This document shows positions 25,203-38,292 of a stretch of 64,000 nucleotides of DNA, one piece after another; the first letter of the stretch is position 1; the number at the start of each line of letters is the position of its first letter. Origin of the DNA: Felis catus (lineage: Eukaryota); NCBI RefSeq assembly GCF_018350175.1, contig NC_058368.1:129954001-130018000 (forward strand). Reading direction: 5' to 3'. The notes under the pieces are model-generated. The model had not been told where the DNA came from and made no database searches. It worked only from the letters and a program-made list of their open reading frames with translations. Made by a program: the position numbers and the translations under genes.

Positions 25203-27098
25203 ATGAACAGAAAAACCAAGAACAGGGCTATGTGTGGATTACATTTTTCTCTGCCTTGCCTACGACTTATTCTACTTGTTACCTGTTATCTTGTATTATT
25301 ATTCCATAAAGAGATTCTTGGATGTTCGTCCATTTGCCAGCTCTGCACTGGGAGACAGATTAACTGCCGTAACTTAGGCCTTTCAAGTATTCCTAGGAAT
25401 TTTCCTGAAAGTACAGTTTTTCTGTACCTGAGTGGAAACAATATATCTCATGTAAATGAGAGTGATTTAACAGGACTTCATTCTCTTGTAGCATTGTATT
25501 TGGATAACTCTGGCATTGTGTATGTATATCCAAAAGCCTTTGTTCATTTGAGGCATCTATATTTTCTATATCTAAATAATAATTTCATGAAACGCTTGGA
25601 TCCTGGAATATTTGAGGGACTTTCCAGTCTTCGTAATTTATATTTACAGTCTAATCAAATATCTTTTGTTCCAAGAGGAGTATTTAATGACTTAGTTTCA
25701 GTTCAGTACTTAAATCTGCAAAGGAATCGCATCACTGTCCTGGGGCGTGGTACCTTTGTTGGTATGATTGCTCTTCGGATACTTGATTTATCAAACAATA
25801 AAATTTTGAGGATATCAGACTTAGGCTTTCAGCATCTTGGAAACCTGGATTGTTTGTATCTAGGAGGTAATAATTTAACAAGAGTACCATCAAATGCTTT
25901 TGAAGTACTTAAAAGCCTTAAAAGACTTTCTTTGTCTCATAACCACATTGAAGCCATACAGCCCTTTGCATTTAAAGGACTTGTCAACTTGGAGTATCTC
26001 CTCCTGAAAAATTCAAGAATTAAAAATGTTACTAGGGATGGGTTTAGTGGAATTAATAATCTTAAACATTTGATCTTAAGTCATAATAATTTAGAAAATT
26101 TAAATTCCGACACATTTAGCTTGTTAAAGAATTTAATTTACCTGAAGTTAGATAGAAACAGAATAATCAGTATTGATAATGATACTTTTGAAAACATGGG
26201 AGCGTCTCTGAAGATCCTTAATCTGTCATTTAATAATCTTACAGACTTACATCCAAGGGTCCTTAAGCCATTGTCTTCACTGACTCATCTGCAGGCAAAT
26301 TCTAATCCTTGGGAATGTAACTGCAAACTCTTGGGCCTTCGGGACTGGCTAGCGTCTTCAGCCATTACGCTGAACATCTCGTGTCAGAACCCCCTATCCC
26401 TGCGCGGCAGAGCACTGCACTCCATTAAATGGACTGAGTTTACAAATTGTGTTACATCTTCGACAAATGTATCCAGAGCTTGGGCTGTAAAATCTCTTCA
26501 TATTCATCACAAGACTACAACGTTAATGATGGCCTGGCATAAAATAACCACAAATGAGAAACATTTGGAAAATACCGAGAGTGTTACTCTCTGGGAACGA
26601 AGTCGTACTTCTCCTGCCAGTAGATTCTTTCAAGAGAATACCTTTGGTAATCCATTAGAGGCTACTGCAGTGCTGCCTGTGCAAATACAGCTTACTACTT
26701 CTGTTAACTTGAACTCGGAAAAAAACAGTGCTCTACCGATTGATGCTGCTTCTGTGTCAGGGAGAACATCTCTTATTTGTGCACAAGAAATTGAAAAGTT
26801 GAATGAGGCTTTTGACATTTTGCTAGCATTTTTCATCTTAGCTTGTGTTTTAATCATTTTTTTGATCTACAAAATTGTTCAAGTTAAACAAAAAGTAAAG
26901 GCACCAGAAAACTCAGGGGAGAACAGACTTGAATACTACAGCTTTTATCAGTCAGCAAGGTATAATGTAACTGCCCCGATTGGTAACACTTCCCCAAATT
27001 CTTTAGAGAGCCCTGGTTTGGAGCAGATTCGACTTAACAAACAAATTGTTCCTGAAAGTGAGGCACAGGTGATTCTCTTTGAACATTCTGCTCTATAA
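25203..27098 (+). CDS. LRRC70: Leucine-rich repeat-containing protein 70 (synleurin), type I membrane LRR protein, single coding exon
   Basis: 631-aa ORF (622 aa from the second ATG at 25230, MCGL...). Hydrophobic signal segment, LRRNT (CSSICQLC...INC), about 12 LxxLxLxxNxI repeats, LRRCT (NPWECNC...CQNP), S/T-rich stalk, TM (ILLAFFILACVLIIFLIY), tail ending FEHSAL; nested in an IPO11 intron as known for LRRC70. Confidence 0.96.
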   Translation: MNRKTKNRAMCGLHFSLPCLRLILLVTCYLVLLFHKEILGCSSICQLCTGRQINCRNLGLSSIPRNFPESTVFLYLSGNNISHVNESDLTGLHSLVALYLDNSGIVYVYPKAFVHLRHLYFLYLNNNFMKRLDPGIFEGLSSLRNLYLQSNQISFVPRGVFNDLVSVQYLNLQRNRITVLGRGTFVGMIALRILDLSNNKILRISDLGFQHLGNLDCLYLGGNNLTRVPSNAFEVLKSLKRLSLSHNHIEAIQPFAFKGLVNLEYLLLKNSRIKNVTRDGFSGINNLKHLILSHNNLENLNSDTFSLLKNLIYLKLDRNRIISIDNDTFENMGASLKILNLSFNNLTDLHPRVLKPLSSLTHLQANSNPWECNCKLLGLRDWLASSAITLNISCQNPLSLRGRALHSIKWTEFTNCVTSSTNVSRAWAVKSLHIHHKTTTLMMAWHKITTNEKHLENTESVTLWERSRTSPASRFFQENTFGNPLEATAVLPVQIQLTTSVNLNSEKNSALPIDAASVSGRTSLICAQEIEKLNEAFDILLAFFILACVLIIFLIYKIVQVKQKVKAPENSGENRLEYYSFYQSARYNVTAPIGNTSPNSLESPGLEQIRLNKQIVPESEAQVILFEHSAL

Positions 27099-27216
27099 TT
27101 CAACCTAATATTAGCTGTAAGAAAACTTCGGTGCCGTGGACATGAATTAAACTAAAGCCTCCTTATAGAATATAAACTTTACTTGGAAATATAATGAGTT
27201 ATATGAGCTTAGCATT

Positions 27217-27222
27217 AATAAA
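27217..27222 (+). terminator. Poly(A) signal of LRRC70
   Basis: AATAAA about 120 nt after the stop codon, followed by T/GT-rich sequence. Confidence 0.7.
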
Positions 27223-27299
27223 TACATGTTTTTAATAATTTGTGAATATTGTATTCATTCAGCATACATCTCCCTTGATAGTTGCCATATGAAGTAATA

Positions 27300-28500
27300 A
27301 TAATAGCTAATATTTCTGTGTACCAACACTATGCTAACAAATACTTCACATATCACTTATAATCCTTGTAAAGTAGTTGTACATTTTATAGGTAAGGAAA
27401 CCTAGGGAGATTGAGTTTAAGAAATGGTCCAAACTCTCACTGCTTTTGACACATTTTAGGTCTGTCTGATTCCAGAGCCCATGCTTTTAATTTCATGCTA
27501 TACTGCTGCCTGGTGCTAATTGTGAATGACATAGGCATGGTTTGTCTTCTCTGTAAAGCTTGAAATCTAGAGGAGACACATGGTTTCTGTACAGGATGGT
27601 AAGTATTGTACTTGCAGGGTACTGTTGGATATAACATAAGTGGAGGTGAGAGATAGCTTTATGAGAGAAGTGACGTTGCGACTGGATCGTGAAGGGTAAA
27701 TAGAAATGAAGAAAGTTTAATAATAAAGGTTACATCGTATCATAGGAGGTGAAGAAAGAAAGAATCCTGCGTTTCATCAACTAACTGTATTCAGTATAGC
27801 CAGAGTTGTGAGTGGTGATGTGAGATTTACAGTTGGAGAGAGAGATCAGATGATGAAGGATGTTGTAATTTCACGTTTTTCCTTAAGGCAGCAGGAAGCC
27901 ATGGAAGGATTTTAAACAGTGGGGTGACATAACCAGATTTACTGTTTGGAGAATACGTTCTTTCTGGAAGGAGCAACGAGACGAGAGGCAGGGTTAATGG
28001 GGCAGGAATATAAATCACCAATCCAGAGGAGAGGCACTAGAGGCCTGGGCCAGGATAGTGGCAAACAGGATGGATGGGTTCTGGAGCTACTTTGGAAGTA
28101 AGATGAACTGCCTTGGTGATTGGCTATGGGGTGGTAAGCGATGGGTATGTCAAAGATGGTAGTTTTTGGCTTAGCTATCTTTGTGTTAAATTTACTGAGC
28201 AAAGGAAGGAAAAGGAGTGGGGATATGGGCAGGGACAGAATAATGAGGTCAATTTTAGGTACATTGAATTTGAGGTTCATATCTGGTCTCCCAAGTGGAA
28301 ATATCCAGCAAGTAGAAGATTAGGAGAGATCTGTCTGGTAAAGGTCAGTAATTTGTAACCTTCCATCTGTCTCGTACACCGGAAGTATATGATACTTTCT
28401 TAACAGTAACATCAACCATTTGGGCCATGATTTTGGGAGACAGGTAAGTGAGGAAGAATAAGATGAAAGAGCCCCCAGGAGACATTAGTAGCCTTGACTG
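27300..28500. mobile_element. MIR plus L2 fragments
   Basis: MIR core near 27300-27510; L2-like aagccatggaaggattttaaacag...ccagattt...ttttaggtacattgaatttgagg. Confidence 0.6.
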
Positions 28501-28871
28501 AGAACCTTTAGTGTAGATAGATGGTAATTCAAGCCATGGAAACTATGTCATGTTTTTCTTTATTAGCTGAATTTCTACTTGTGTAGTGCTCTGCAGAATG
28601 TTGGGCATATATTAAGTGCCCATGCTTGATCTTTTAACGGGGACCTGAACCACAAATATATCTTAAAATTTTTCTCTTGAGCATTATGTATTTCATGTTT
28701 GTGCTGTCCTTCCTCTTCCCTCAGATTTCTGTTTTTTAGTATTTAATACTTTGCATATGAAATTAGCCTGAAGCAATCCAGGAGTGTATAAATCAAGTGA
28801 TAATTACTGAGTTTGTGTTGTGAAACGGAAGTAACTATAAGAATGTGTTATGTTGTCCAATGTACTTGCAC

Positions 28872-29062
28872 ATGGTGCTTCTCAAACTCAGAATCAACTC
28901 TGCTGTTAAAACACAGATTGTTGTCCCTCACCCCACCCCACCCCGCCCCCCACCTCCTTCCCAGAGTTTCTGATGCAGTAGGTCTGGAGTGGGGCCTGTT
29001 GAGTGTGCAGTTGAACAGGTTTGCTGATACTGCTGGTCTGGAGACCGCGACTGGAGAGCTGC
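28872..29062. mobile_element. MER5-like hAT element
   Basis: ttctcaaact...ccagagtttctgatgcagtaggtctggagtggggcc...ctgatactgctggtc. Confidence 0.7.
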
Positions 29063-29459
29063 TGATGTAAGATACTTGAAAAGCAGAAAAGGATCTAAGG
29101 AATGGTTTTGAGATGCACTAGAGATTGCAGAGAAATTACAGCCACACCTCCCCTGGCCCTGCCACCCCAAGAGTTTTCACTCTTCTGCTTTTCCCTGCCT
29201 AGCATAAAGTTTTGTCCTTGACTGTGATTTTAGCAGAAAACCTGAATACATTTTAAATAAATCTATTCTTACATAAATTGTTTCATTATAGAAGAGCATG
29301 TGGTATGTTTCATCCTGAAAATGTTTTTAATAATACACTTTTGTTGTGTTTGTGTCCTCCCAACTCTCACAACTCCGATTAAGTGTTTTCACTAATTACT
29401 AAGAGTACATACTCTTTGGAAACAAGAAGAATTCAAACAATAGGGAAATAATTAAAGCT

Positions 29460-29634
29460 AGGGATGCCTGGGTGGCTCCGTTGGTTGAGCATCCGACTCT
29501 GGCTCCCGTCATGGTCTCGTGATGTGTGCTGTCAGTTGCAGAGCCTACTTCGGATCCTCTGTCTCCCTCTCTCGCTGCCCCTCTCCTGCTTGTGCTCACT
29601 CATTCTCTCTCAAACATTAAAAACATTAAAAAAA
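29460..29634 (+). mobile_element. CAN-SINE with internal deletion
   Basis: Head gggatgcctgggtggctc; central segment missing. Confidence 0.85.
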
Positions 29635-32600
29635 TCTTTCAGTGGAATATTCAAAGTTAAAGGTAAAAACCCTTCCATGTTCCCCTTCCCCACCACCTAA
29701 ACCACGTCCTCTTGAAGATGTTAGAAGCAGCATACGTAGCTATTTGAAGTTAGGAAATATCCGTAAACACTATTTTTCTTGATCTCACAACAAAATTTCC
29801 CCGAAATCAAAGAAAATAATTTAGTGATTTTATCCAGAATTTGTTTTTGTTTTTATGTGTAACTTCTAATTGATGTAGGCTTAACTAGAAATTGTTAATA
29901 TCAATTTATATACAGAACTGTAGTTGTGCACAGTGGTATGTGTTAAGTACTGATTCTACTTTCTGTCAGCAGTTTTTCCTTTTAAAGATGTTAGCTTGTA
30001 TGACACTCTTACACTGTTTAAAAACTTATTTAATGTAAAATTGATTCAAAGTGATACATGCGCAGAAACTTTTAGCACTATAATTTGTGCATTTGATTAT
30101 TTCACATTTTAAGCAGCTCTACCTGGAGCAAAACAGCAAAGTTAAAACTAAGTAATATTCTAAATTAATATAGCTAAAGGAACTTTTCTTAAGATTTCTG
30201 TATTTCTCTACCATTGACTAAAGTGTTTTGAATAGAGCACTCAAGAATAAAATTGTTGTGTTTCAGAAGGATAGTTTTAGGTACAGATCCTTTTTTTCCA
30301 TTGACTTTTGTAAAAGTTGGTCAAGGTTGTAAGGCATACCAAAAAAGCTCTCCCCCTCAACCCTCTCCCATAACAAATGAGAAGTAGAGAACTCAACTAC
30401 AATTTTTTATGGTACTATACTTTGAGAATACATTGAAAATTCCAGTGTGTTCAGAAATATGAATCTCATTTCTAGGAACTTAATTGGGAACTTACCCCCA
30501 ATTCCCTCCTAGCATCACAGTAGAGAGATTTGGTGTTAGATTGTCTTTGAGGACTTGATCAGTAAGTACAAGACACTTCAAGAGTAGGCAGGAAATCAAG
30601 GTCACAGGTGATGGAGTGGGAGCCTGGAGTCAAGGAAGACTGAGGTATCTCATGGGCTTCTGCAGGTGAGGGGCGGCCAGTGTTGATACCTGGAGACTAA
30701 GTGGTGGGGAGGGGTAAGGGTGGACATTGTGAGGGAATGAAGGAATTGGGCAGAATTCAGTGGTAGCTGGGAAAGAGGATTTTTGGATACCTCTTTGTTC
30801 TCCATCACCTTTTTTCTCTCAGTAGAGTCCTCGACTTTCTCATACATGAAGTTCTGGGGTTATGTTATTGATCCATTCTTCCTCATACCTGTGTCTTGAG
30901 TCAGCAAAAGTTGGACAGATTTTTATTCTCTTTCCAGTTGTCTTTTATTTTAGGGGTGCTCTAAGTAGCATAGAACGTAATTATATCTCACCAACACTAA
31001 TGTTAATACATGACAAATATTTGCCCTTAAACTACCCACACCCATTTTTTAAGACTTTTATTGATACATAAAGCACCTACAGGAGTAGACACGCTTGTGT
31101 AGCCACCACTCACGTCAAGAAATAGAACCTTGAGCCATGACATATATGTGGACATTTCTTGAACTTCTCAATTACATAAACACCAAAGTATTTAAGCTTT
31201 GAGATGGAGGAGGACCCACATGTACTTAGGGCATTTTTACTCAGTTATCTTTCCTGCATCACAACAATAACAATAAAATACGCTATATTTGTTTTTAAGG
31301 GGTGCAAAAATGGGAGAAAAAAAACCCTGAGGAACCTTTTACAAGGTTCTGAAAAACAGCTTTAATGCTAGGCCTTCCTACCAAATTGGTCCCCCAGACA
31401 CTTAACCATGCCCTGTTGGACTTCTTGTTCCTTGTTAGAAGGATCCCTTTACTTGCTTTTTGTTATCAAAGCCCTCTTTTGATCATATATCAGTTTTCTG
31501 GTGCACATTATCTTCATTTTGGTCTGAGCTGTGTGGTATACAGCACTTTTGCAGGAATTTAACTCCAAGCCACAAATATCTTTTCTTATAATTTTAATGA
31601 CAGCACATTGGCTTTTTTCATATGTCTGGAAGGTGTGTGTGTGTGTGTGTATTCATGATTATATTGTATAGCTTTATCATCAACAGTGTCTAGCATTTAC
31701 AATAGGAGGTCATATCCCCAACCACATAATTCTGAAATCTCTATTAAATTATTTTATACCCCTTTTTTAAAATCCAAAACTGTTCTGTCAAGTGACTCAT
31801 ATAAGCATCCAAAAGAAGCATTGCTGGGAGTTTTTAGCCCGATGTTTTTCCCACACAGTTCTGTACCATCAGTCATCATCTTTTTATGGAAACTTAGTGT
31901 TGTCATTGCATATTGTTTTTCAAAGCATAGTCTTTCTCTTGAAAAATCACAGAAGGTGGCAGTTTCTTCTCATGTCATCATATGTAGATCATTATAGTTA
32001 TTCCTTACTGTCTTAAAGATAATGGGCCTCTTTGTTTTGCTTCTATATGTGCACTCAAAAAATTAATTGAGGGAATAATTTATAATATAAAAAGCTTTTG
32101 TAAAGATTGTTGGATGTAAAAATCCAACTTTCATTTTAAAATAACTTCGTGAATTTCCACCAAAAATTTTTTATCCTATTTCCTTGCCAGTATTTGTCAA
32201 GGGAACTAGATTTATTAACACTATTTTCCATGATCATGTAGAGAATTGCTGTGTAGAAAGGATATATGTTTCCATTTAAGTGACAAAAGTATTTGCAGCT
32301 AGGTCCTGGAAAATATCTAGAGAGGAAAAAAACCTTAGTATAAAAGTCACCAGTTTTGTATCCTCTAGTGTGGTAGAAATTCTGAGACAAGACTGATGAG
32401 TCAGGGCTTTCTTCTTTTGCCTTTTTCTTTCGATAAACTGCTGTTCTTTGCTTAATCCTATTAAACTATTACCAGAGAAGTATAGTTAGGAGAATTTTTT
32501 ATTTAGTTGTGGCTTATTGAAAGCTTAAAGTTTATGAGTTTCTTAAATTACCCTAATAATAGCTTCTTTGACCCCCTGTATTTAAGGTATAAGAATGCAA

Positions 32601-33054
32601 GACTTGCTTCAAATATTAATTATTTGTGTGTGCTAAATAGTGTGTGGTCTGGTTAGATCAGAGAAAATGCTAGAATGACTAAGATTCTGGTTTATTTTTT
32701 TCTTGGGTGTTCTATGAAAAACTGTTAAATCATCAAATTTTGATTATAAAACTATTCAGAAAAAGTAACTGATAATTTTGTGTTTCTGCATGCCTGTTTT
32801 CTTGCAAGGTCCAAGGGGATGAAGATATGATATAGATACAGGAGTCCATCACTTAACAGAGTTTGAAACACATGGCCCATGATGAATAGATCATTGCAAT
32901 GAAAAATAGAACTATAAAATACTCAATACAAAAATGCTAATAAAAATTGGCTCATTAGAAAGAAACTGTTCATTAAGTCTAATATTGTTTAGGGTAATCA
33001 AATGAATATTACAAAATTCTTTTGTACCTTTGGGGATTAAAACTTTTAATTTTC

Positions 33055-33283
33055 TTTTTTTTTTTTTAATTTTTTTTTTTTTAACGTTTATTTATTTTTG
33101 AGACAGAGAGAGACAGAGCATGAACGGGGGAGGGTCAGAGAGAGGGAGACACAGAATCTGAAACAGGCTCCAGGCTCTGAGCTGTCAGCACAGAGCCCGA
33201 TGCGGGGCTCGAACTCACGGACCGTGAGATCATGACCTGAGCCGAAGTCAGCCGCTTAACCGACTGAGCCACCCAGGCGCCCC
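33055..33283 (-). mobile_element. Felid CAN-SINE with TSD
   Basis: 17-bp TSD taaaacttttaattttc. Confidence 0.95.
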
Positions 33284-34994
33284 TAAAACTTTTAATTTTC
33301 AAAGACTGTGTTTTGAATCCGTGTAGTTGGGTTCATAATAACACAAAAGTATAGAAATAATCTTAAACCAGCATAGTAAACACATAAAAAGATGGATTGA
33401 TTTTTTTTGTTGTTGTTACCAATTAGTTTTCAAAGGCAAAGAAAGATCAGTCTGCATGAAGTTCCTGCAATTCACATATTCTACAGGTACTTTTATATAC
33501 CCAGAAAATGCCTTAAGATGCCATAGCTTTAGAAAATACTAAGACAAGATTAAGAACTATAGTTTTACTCATGCGTCTTTAACTGAAAAAGATGAGTTTA
33601 TTGAAAGCTATGTGGAATTGTTTTAAACGGTCAAATAATATTTAGTACTGTTTTTCATGCTCTCCTCTATTTAATGTTTATATGTGTGTAACGTCATTTA
33701 TAACGCACTTAAAGAACAAAACAAGTGGATGTTTAAAAAAGCCTGTTTTCTTTTCTGTAGTATATTTGTTGCTTGTGTCTGTGTGAATAACTTAATGTAT
33801 CTACCAAGTATGTGAAATAAGAAAAGGAAGAGTATTTGTGACAAATAAAAAGGAAAAAAACGTTCAGGTTACTAATACTTTATCCCCTTTGGTTTTACTT
33901 TCATTCTCCTCTTTCACCCATGATGTTAACCTTTCTTTGCATTTTCTGAAATGAGTGTTTCAGAAATAGATTCCAACACAGCTCCGTCTATTCTCTTTTC
34001 TGCTTCATGTTTAGTGTAATTAATTGTAATGTGTTATCTGTAACTCAACTATCCATACTTGTAATTTCCAAAAAAGATAAGTAAAAATAATATTGCCACA
34101 AGAAAATGAGGGAGAGCAGTTCTTGAGCTTTGGGGGATCATCAATTCCCATGATTATTTATTGAGTGTTCACGTTATGCATAATGTCCTGTGGGACGTAG
34201 AAAAATATAACACATGGGCTCTGCTTACAGTTAACTTAGAGCAGACATGTAGGCATGAAAAATTAAAGGAAATTGGGAGAAAGTAATAGTTGGCACAGGA
34301 GTTGTGTGTAAATGAGATGTCCAGACGTTTTATGCTACTGGAAATTCCAAGGACAAAGCGCTTACTTACAGTGAGTTAGAGTGGCCAGGGAAGACCTCCT
34401 GAAGAAGGAAGTGTAAATTAAGGTGAATAGAAAAGGGAGGAAGAGCCTTGTGAGGAGCAGGAAGGGAGTAAGCAGATCTCTGAGCAGCTTTTCTATTCAG
34501 GAGATGATGACTTAACTGCCTGAAAGCCACGGAAGGAGGAGTAATGCAATATAACTTGGGAAAGGCGGGTTTATTAGAACTTGAAGTTCTTAAGGAGAAA
34601 GAATGAAATGTAAGAGACTGTAATAGCAGGCGTGCATTTGCCTCCTTGAAGTCATCATAATAAGTGAGTTACGTCAGTTGGATCCCACTTAACGTGAAAT
34701 GAAAATAAATTTATATTAAAATTAGGGTTTTTATATTGATGAGGTGCAACTATCCTAATGATATCAGTGCAAAATGAGTTAACTTGAAAATGCTAAGATC
34801 TCAAGTGATGGGAGTGATAAGGATTCTGGGGGTCAGTGATGAGAATTGGAGAGGAATAATTTGCCACTGCTTCTTTAGCACTGTCCATGTGACAGGATGC
34901 TCTCACTTCAGATAAATGTGACTTAATAAATCAGAGATACCTGTAAAATGGAGAAAGACACTGAGGATATCATAATTTGATTAAAAAGAAAAAG

Positions 34995-35113
34995 GGTGGG
35001 CACCTGGGGGCTCAGTTAAACTTCTGACTTGATTTCTGCTCAGGTCATGATCTCATGGGTTCGTGAGTTTGAGCCCCTATTGGGCTCCAAGCTGACAGAG
35101 GGGAAACTGCTTG

Positions 35114-35173
<60 letters not shown>

Positions 35174-35242
35174 CTCCCCCCCCACCCCCCCGCATGCACA
35201 TGCACTTTTTCTCAAAATAAATAAACATTAAAAAAAAAAAAA
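34995..35242 (+). mobile_element. CAN-SINE with (TC)n
   Basis: Head, (TC)n, C run and A tail. Confidence 0.88.
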
Positions 35243-35489
35243 GAACATCTCATTTGTTGCTTGATTTCTTTGTCCTTCCTGCAGACTGTTAGTCAATAAT
35301 GAGCTTTTGCACTTATAGCACAGCCTTTCTCAGTCTTTTCCTCTGAATTAGAGGACAGGTAACATTCAGATGTGCAACACATGACCCTGTGAGCATTCAA
35401 AGTTATCTGCTTCCTTTAAAGTTAAAAGCTTCCTTTAGTTTCTGAGTTCCTTGTAGTAGCCATCTTTTTCCCCCCAATATCAAAAGCTT

Positions 35490-36792
35490 TTTTTTTCTTT
35501 TTTAATTTTAATTCCAGTATAGTTAACATATACTGTCATATAGGCTGCAGTGTGCATTATAGTGATTCAGCAATTTTAGAGATTACTCAGTGCTCATCTT
35601 GATAATATACTCTGATCTCCTTCACGTATATCACCCATCCACCCACCTACCTCCCCTCTGGTAACCACCAGTTTTCTATAGTTAAGAATCCGGTTTTGGG
35701 GTTGTTTCTTTCATTTTTCCTTTGTTTTGTTTTGCTTCTTAAATTTCACATAAGTAAAATCATATGGTATCTGTCTCTGACTGATTTCACTTAGTGTTAT
35801 ATTCTATAGATCCATCCATTTTTTTTTTCCAAAGGCAAGATTTCATTCTTTTTCATGGCTCGGTAATCCTTTGTGTATATATACCACATCTTCTTTATCC
35901 ATTCATCTATGGATGGACACTTGGGTTGCCTTCATAATTTGGCTATTGTAAATAATGCTACGGTCAACATTTGGGTGCATATATCATTCTGAATTAGTGT
36001 TTCACATTCTTTGGGTAAATAGTAGTGTAATTACCAGATCATATGGTAATTCTATTTTTAATTTTTTGAGGTAGCTCTAGACTGTTTGTCGCATGGCTAG
36101 GCCAGTTTGCATTCCCATGAACAGTGTACAAGGGTTCCTTTTTCTCCACATTCTTACTAACACTTGTTGTTTCATGTGTTGTTGTTTTTTTTTTTTTTAT
36201 AGCCATTCCGACAGGTATGAGGTGATGATGTCATTATGGTTGTGATTTGCATTTCCCTGATGATTACTGATGTTGAGCGTCTTTTCATGTATCTGTTAGC
36301 TATCTGGATGTCTTCTTTGGAGAAATGCCTGTTCGCATTTTCTGCCCATTTTTAATTGGATTGTTTTTGGGTGTTGAGTTATGTAAGTTCTTAATATATT
36401 TTGTATACTAACCCTCTATTGGATATGTTATTTGCAAATATCTTCTCCCATTGAGTAGGTTGTCTTTTAGTTTTGTTGATTGTTTCCTTCACTCTGCAGA
36501 AGCTTTTTATTTTGATGTAGTCCCACTAGTTTATTTTTGCTTTTGCTTCCCTTGTCTCAGGAGACTTATCTAGAAAAATGTTGCTTTGGTTGGTGTCAGA
36601 GATATTACTGCCTGTGCTCTCCTCTAGGATTTTTATGGATTTAGGTCTTAAATTTAGGTCCTTAATCTCTTTTGAGTTTATCTTTGTGCATGGTGTGAGG
36701 AAGTGGCCCGGTTTCATTCTTTTACATGTAGTTGTCCAATTTTCCAATTCCGCTTTTTGAGGAGACTGTTTTTTTTCATGTTATGTAGTCTT
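35490..36792 (-). mobile_element. Carnivore L1 3' fragment, antisense
   Basis: Translation ENWTTTCKRMK..HFLTPCTKINSK.IKDLNLRP is L1 ORF2; T-rich tail at the left. Confidence 0.92.
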
Positions 36793-37344
36793 GGAGGTAG
36801 CCATTTTTTTGATCTCCAGTGCTTATCATGATGTCTAACACATATTAGGGACTCGTAAAATGTTTACTAAAACGAATTCATTTACTAAAATGAATGTTTA
36901 ATAAAATAAATTAGGGACTCATAAAATGTTTACTTAACTGTGGTGATCCATTCACCAGGAAAGGTCAGCTAGGGTAAAATTACTTACTCGAGTCCTTATT
37001 TTTTTTTTTTTTAATTTTGTTTTGAAAATAAATTGGTATCTTGGTATAAGCCTACCTTTTATTTATTAATACTCACTGAGCCAGTCTTCTCATATCTGCC
37101 CTAGTGATAATAATAGCAAGATGTCAAGTTTTGTCTGGAGTCAGCATTTTAATTTTTTAAAATCTCTTTTAAGTATTGTTTTTTCTGCTCTTCTGCTGTG
37201 CTGTGGAAGCTGTATACAGACTAGCATGGAGTTTAGCTATTCTTTTAAGAGTCTAGATTGTTGCATCCTTGTTCATGTGAACTGTCCCTTCTTGGTAAGC
37301 ACGGGTTTAAGAGATTAAGAACAGGGTGAGATCTAAAATTACAT

Positions 37345-37540
37345 GGTGAGGCTCCTGGGTGACTCACTGGCCTACTCTTGATTTTGGCTCTGGTCACAGT
37401 CTCGTGATTCATGACTTCGAGCCCCGTATCAAGCTCTGTGCTCACAGCAGATCCTCTGTCTGTCTCCCTATCTCTGCCCCTCCCCCACTTGCTCTCTCTC
37501 TCTCCCCCTCAAATATGAGTAAATGTTTAAATAAATAAAC
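37345..37540 (+). mobile_element. Degenerate CAN-SINE
   Basis: ggctcctgggtgactca...ttcgagccccg...ctctgcccctccccc. Confidence 0.8.
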
Positions 37541-38079
37541 GCACCTGGTTCACTCTAGCTACCTTCACTTCTTCCACATTATATGCTAGGTCTGATACTA
37601 CATTTGAATGATGTGCACAAAGAGGACATTAGACGATGGCACACTGAGAAGAATACTTATGAAGTGCTAAATATAACTAAATGTGTAGCTCAGAGGAAAG
37701 AAAAAACTCGGCTCTTTGTCACTGGGGGAGAAAAAAACCAACTAATTGTTGTCCTTTGCTGGAGAGGTTATATGTATAAGATTAAGTGAGTACAATGCCT
37801 TTTTCTCCCTTCTTTTCCTCCTCCAAACCTATTTTTCTTTCATTCCTGGTTTATAGCTCTCATTTGATTTGTTTCTATTTTAAATGTCTAATCACATTTT
37901 AAAGCATTTAATTCAGAAAGGTTGTCTAGTATGGAAAAATAAGATTGATTCTTAATTTGTAAATGACAAGGGCTGAGAGAGTATTGTGTGAGTAAAAAGC
38001 GAAGCAAAGTGACAATTTGATGAATATTCAAAGATTTTTAAAAATACTGTAGGTAAAATAAATATTTTAATTAAAAATA

Positions 38080-38292
38080 TCTTTTTTAATGTTTATTCGT
38101 TTTTGAGAGAGAGAGAGAGACAGAGCACGAGCAGGGGGAGGGGTACAGAAAGAGGGAGACACAGAATCTGGAGCAGGCTCCAGGCTCTGAGCTGTCAGCA
38201 CAGAGTCTGACACGGGGTTTGAACCCATGAACCGCCAGATCATAACCTGAGCTGAAGTCGATGCTTAACCGACTGAGCCACCCAGGCATCCC
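38080..38292 (-). mobile_element. CAN-SINE
   Basis: Antisense body ending ccacccaggcatccc. Confidence 0.9.

Noticed and set aside
26630..26857. 75-aa antisense ORF inside LRRC70
   Set aside because: Shadow frame of the real CDS; no independent support
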